A stretch of DNA of 64,000 nucleotides, from positions 1,736,001 to 1,800,000 of the forward strand of contig JAUPSS010000005.1 of NCBI GenBank assembly GCA_040285825.1. The letters are read 5' to 3'. Under the pieces are notes generated by a model. The model was given only the letters and a program-made list of their open reading frames with translations, did no database searches and was not told the DNA's origin. Source of the stretch: Eukaryota sp. TZLM1-RC (lineage: Eukaryota > Protista > Metamonada: BaSk clade). A program made the translations under genes and the position numbers. This document shows, in pieces, positions 59,755-64,000 of the stretch (positions are counted from its first letter, which is position 1; every line of letters starts with the position of its first letter).

Positions 59755-62700
59755 GAACTTGCAAACTTAACAAAATAAAATCATAACTAATGGGACGAAA
59801 TTCATTGAACAAAGATTTCCTGTACAAAATCGGGATCTGCTTGATGCCTAGCTAAAGCTTCTCTAATTCGATTGAAAAAACGGGGGAAAAATTTCATTTT
59901 TGAATTTTTGAAACGCTTTCTAGAAAACCATCATTTAATAGAACATTGTGTTAGTGATTATTTAGTGTCTTTGCAAAATGAAATTGAGTGCCTCTTTCCT
60001 TCCATCTGGTTCAAATACTTTCCTGCCGATATTCAAGAAATTCCACCCAGAAGTTTGGTTTCCTCGAGATTTCCATACGACAAATTGCAGGAAAAGTTAT
60101 AAAAAATTTTTGCAAACCTGGATTTTAATGTTCGTCCAAGCATGGCTATAGAAAAGAATCCCGTTTTTGCCAACTTTTTAATTGATCTGAAGGAAAGTAG
60201 CTCAAGCCGTCTCACTTACAAGCTTCCAAATGTTTATGGTTTATTGTTAGATGACCATCAATGGACAAATGCCCTAAGGATGAGGTGTTTTCTGTGACCA
60301 TGCAGTGTGCCAAATAATTTGATTTGTCGTTGGGGTCGGCTTATCAATTTGAATCATTTATTTAATTGCAAATTTAATATTACATATCGCTCAGTTTTCC
60401 ATGATGTTGTTAGAGATCAACTGTGTGCCATGTGCAAAAGCCACCATACTGAAGCTTTTGTTGAACCACTTGTGCGTCAATTGTCACCTGAAAATTAAGA
60501 TGAAAATACTTTCGGGAAACGCTGTGCTGATTTAATTACTCCTGTTTCTGATGTTGTGATCAAAGTTGTTGATGTTCTCACTGTTGATGTTTGTAAAAAA
60601 TCAGCAATTGATTATGCTAAAAACAGATGAAACTCCACTTTGCTTTGCTGAAAAGAGCAAAATCAAAAAGTACAAGGAGCCCTTATTTCAGATAGGACGA
60701 GTTGAGCATGTAAAGTACCAGCTGCTTCCATTTGCTGTTTCTATTGTTGGTAACATTAAAATATCTGGTATTAAATCTCTCGAAGGTTTCAGGTGTTTAA
60801 TAACGGAAAGAGCAGGAAAAGAGTTGAACTCTAATTTCTGCCACAATAGAATTGCGTTTGGTAGACTTACAACAATTCCCGAAATGATAATCAAAGCACT
60901 GTTACAATTAGGAATAGAGTAAGAAAATCGCACACTGAAGACATTTGATGATGTTGATGCGTGTATTGAGGATATTGAGTTCTAGTTTTTGGTTTTGTTG
61001 TTTTGTTTGCATTTTAAAATAAATGAATCTTTAAAAAACCCAGGTAATCTATTAATTATAGAAAATTAATCATGAAATAGCGCCATAAAAAGATATTAAA
61101 TTTTTTCATTGTTTTTTTTGAACCATTTTTTGGAAATCGTTGAAAAAAGTTCCTGCTTCTACTGATAGTCTTCCGTTAATCGCAAATGGGAAAGCAATAA
61201 AAACTAGGGGTGTATTTCTACATGCATTAGTTTCCTTGATATCTTTGTCCTATTTTCCATGTTTTTCTTTGGCTTTAAATTCGAGAGCATCTACAGGCTT
61301 AAGTTTTTTTCTTTGAAACCAAAGTGTCATTGGCAACATGACAGGAGACAAAGTAAACAACAGCTTCAGAGTTTTCAATCCAAACACAATATATATCAGC
61401 TCTGTCATCAGAACCAAAATTATTCAATGACAATATTTCTTTCAGCAGAGGCTCTTTGATACACGAGGTTCCTACAGTTCGAGCCATATTGAAAACACTG
61501 TCTCTAACAGCATCATGTAATCAAGAACGATAAGTTATCAATTTCGAACAATTCAGAGCATGACGCAAAGTGAGCTGAACAAATACATTTTTCTTCAAAT
61601 ACATTTTTCTTTTAATAATAAGTGATTAATGGGAATATTTAAATATAGTCTCATTTTTGTTACAAACGTTTCATTATCAGCACACAGCTTAAATTTTCGT
61701 GGCACAATGGTCACAAACAGTGATGAATCTGATGACTGATTTTCACAAACACCTTTTCCCAATAACAACGAGCGGAGATCTTGATTCAAAACAGCCAAGC
61801 TGCGTATATCTCTATAAAAATCGTTTTCATACATTCCAGTTTGTCGTTTTTGTTTTGTTTGAAAAGTGTACGTTAAATTTAAATAATTCTTATCAGGAAT
61901 ATTGCATATGAGTGATTGGGGAAAACATCGATTCCATTCTTTTACATCAATTTTTGAACTTTCATCATTTAATCCAAAAATAGGAGAACTTTGCGTTGTC
62001 ATTTTTAAAACTTCTCAATCTGAAAATCTTTCGGAAAACTCATATAATGCATTTCTGCATCCACCTATAAAAGCACACGAAGTAAGAATTGAGGCTTTTG
62101 TCCAACCTAAACCGCCATAGTGTGGACTAAGATAAGCATGATCAGGAATTTGGGACATTTTATATCGCAATAATTGTGAAAAAACTTTTGCACGTGATTC
62201 ATTGAACTTCTGGGCAAAAGGCGTAAAGATGAGAGGATTTGTAGATAGAAATATATTATTAAAGTTGGAATTGAAACAAAGTCTTATAATTTTAAATTTG
62301 ATATGCTTCTGTCTATCCAATTTCATTATTTGGTCAATTTTCCATGAAATTAAATTCAACTTATTAAATAATTTTTTGGTAACTTCATCATTATTTCCAA
62401 AACAAACCCAAATGACGAATAGCATCAGTTGAATATAACTTCCCTTGAATTTCAATACCATCAACTATGGTTGAAACTGAAGCGTTTGAAAGTAGAACAC
62501 ATTTAAGTAAGTTAATTCGAAGGCCAACATTGTTGAATAATTCTTTGAAACAAAAGTTACTTCTCTGACAATCGTTAAGTCACCTATAAGAACAACGTCA
62601 TCCATATAAGCAATCATATTTAAAGAAGGAAGCATTTCTTGAATCTGTTATAAAATCGCATGAATGGCCAGACACAACAAAAGAGATCCTAAAGAATCTC

Positions 62701-63090
62701 TTTGCTTTACACCACTTGATGATTTTAAAATAAAATTACCAAAATGCAGATCTGAATGGGTGCAATATGTTGTTTGAAAATATGGTAACAATTCTGGTAA
62801 GTAATTCAACAAAGCACCATGAATATTGCACCGATGAATTGAATTAAAGGCATTGATAAAATCCCACAACCTGCAAACATTTGATCCATTTTAATGAAAG
62901 AAAACATCTGTAGCAAAAACAGTTAAAGCAACTCCATCAGTGATGTAAAAACCATATTGGAATGGCAACAAAATTCTACTTGCTTTTTCTTTGAATTTGT
63001 TTCAGCAGCAAACAAAAAAATATTGTGCAAAGATTCAGAAACAACAATTGCACTATCATCCATTTTTAAAACTAAATCACTTGTGACTAA
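59755..63090 (-). mobile_element. Degenerate family A-related CRE-like copy, split by a family D insertion
   Basis: RT (DFINAFNS, GVKQRD, AYMDD) through RLE at 61035-63090. Its final codons and 3' UTR resume at 59755-59885. Confidence 0.82.
59886..61031 (+). mobile_element. 5'-truncated family D CRE-like copy nested in the family A copy
   Basis: Homologous to 32440-33590 (KNFIFEFLKRF ... DVDACIEDIEF*), ending near AATAAA. Confidence 0.85.
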
Positions 63091-64000
63091 TTTCAGAGTC
63101 AATTTTGGTCCAGATGAGTACGTGTGCCTCAGGTCAGAGAATTGGACTACAGTGCATAATATAATGTGAATAGGATAAAGTTGGTTTATTTTGCCCTTAT
63201 TTTATTTACGCACAAAGCCGTCAACATACCAGCAATCGCCTTGCTGAACAACAACAAACATTTAAACCAGAAAACACCAACACAATATGCCCTTTTCCTG
63301 AAGCATTCCGCCTTCAAAACAGTGGTTGGAGTAGTCCATCTAATTTCAACACTATGGCCAAGCAAAGTCTGAACAAAACCATACCAGTTTACAAGTTTTA
63401 TAGAGCGAAAAGGTTATTTAAGACACTAAAACAAATTCTTCAATTGAAATGTCGTGAATGGAAGAGTATACTGCATTCTATTTGAAAGACGTATATTCAA
63501 AAAATTCTCCCTTAATTCTATACTTTACTTATGACACCATTTTTGTGCTGTTACAGTTAATTATTTGGAACATCAAGCCACTTTTGACAATAAGTAAAAG
63601 ACATAGAAAATCTTGAAAAAAGACAGCCCTTCCTCATAGTCAAGATAGTCCAGAAATTGTCCACTTACGACTAAATTGGACTATAGCCAATTTTGATAGG
63701 ATCTCACTGAACATGCAAAATTCAGTTGATGACTATACGGTTAGTGAAGATTTGACACCATCAAACGGTTTTTGATCAAAATACAATTGAAATAAAACTA
63801 ACAATTGCGCTTCCTAGATTATTTTAAATTACACAATACATTTGAAAATACAGTAACAACACAATCTGCCACAATACAAAATATATTAGTTGATGGTCAT
63901 GAAAATAAACATTTGGGAGTCCCCGGTTTCGACTATTCTTTTGAGTTCATTGGCATTGATATTAGAAGAGTTTTTAAAGGATGCCAATGTCGAATCACAC

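Noticed and set aside
63910-63945. tRNA-like T-loop (gtccccggtttcgact)
   Set aside because: No matching T-stem, D-arm or acceptor stem.

Overview
AT-rich, gene-compact eukaryotic DNA, most likely from a flagellated protist (axonemal DNAI2 and ZMYND10; few, very short introns; standard genetic code). It holds about 16 host protein genes: DNAI2 (partial), TatD, an E2F/DP-like protein, NSUN2, patatin, separase, an FAD oxidoreductase, a SYS1-like protein, an EXD/WRN-like exonuclease, kinesin-5, ZMYND10, an HGSNAT-like protein, eIF3d, Sar1 and a duplicated orphan. There is one intron-containing tRNA-Tyr. Between the genes lie many CRE-like RLE non-LTR retrotransposons of several families (one near-intact, several nested, ~11-bp TSDs), a decayed Ty3/Gypsy element and a 1.2-kb non-autonomous LTR element. 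The headline observation is a set of decayed Fanzor1 (eukaryotic TnpB-like RNA-guided RuvC nuclease) loci at ~18.2-22.2 kb and ~42.2-49.4 kb. In these, Fanzor is the C-terminal part of a modular polyprotein: 2A-like StopGo peptide - optional Ulp1/C48 cysteine protease - basic linker - PolB-type DEDDy 3'-5' exonuclease - Fanzor1, followed by a candidate omegaRNA. The exonuclease-Fanzor junction recurs in a second, very divergent Fanzor family. All copies in the window are pseudogenised. The architecture was reconstructed by manual translation across frameshifts and needs HMM/structure confirmation.
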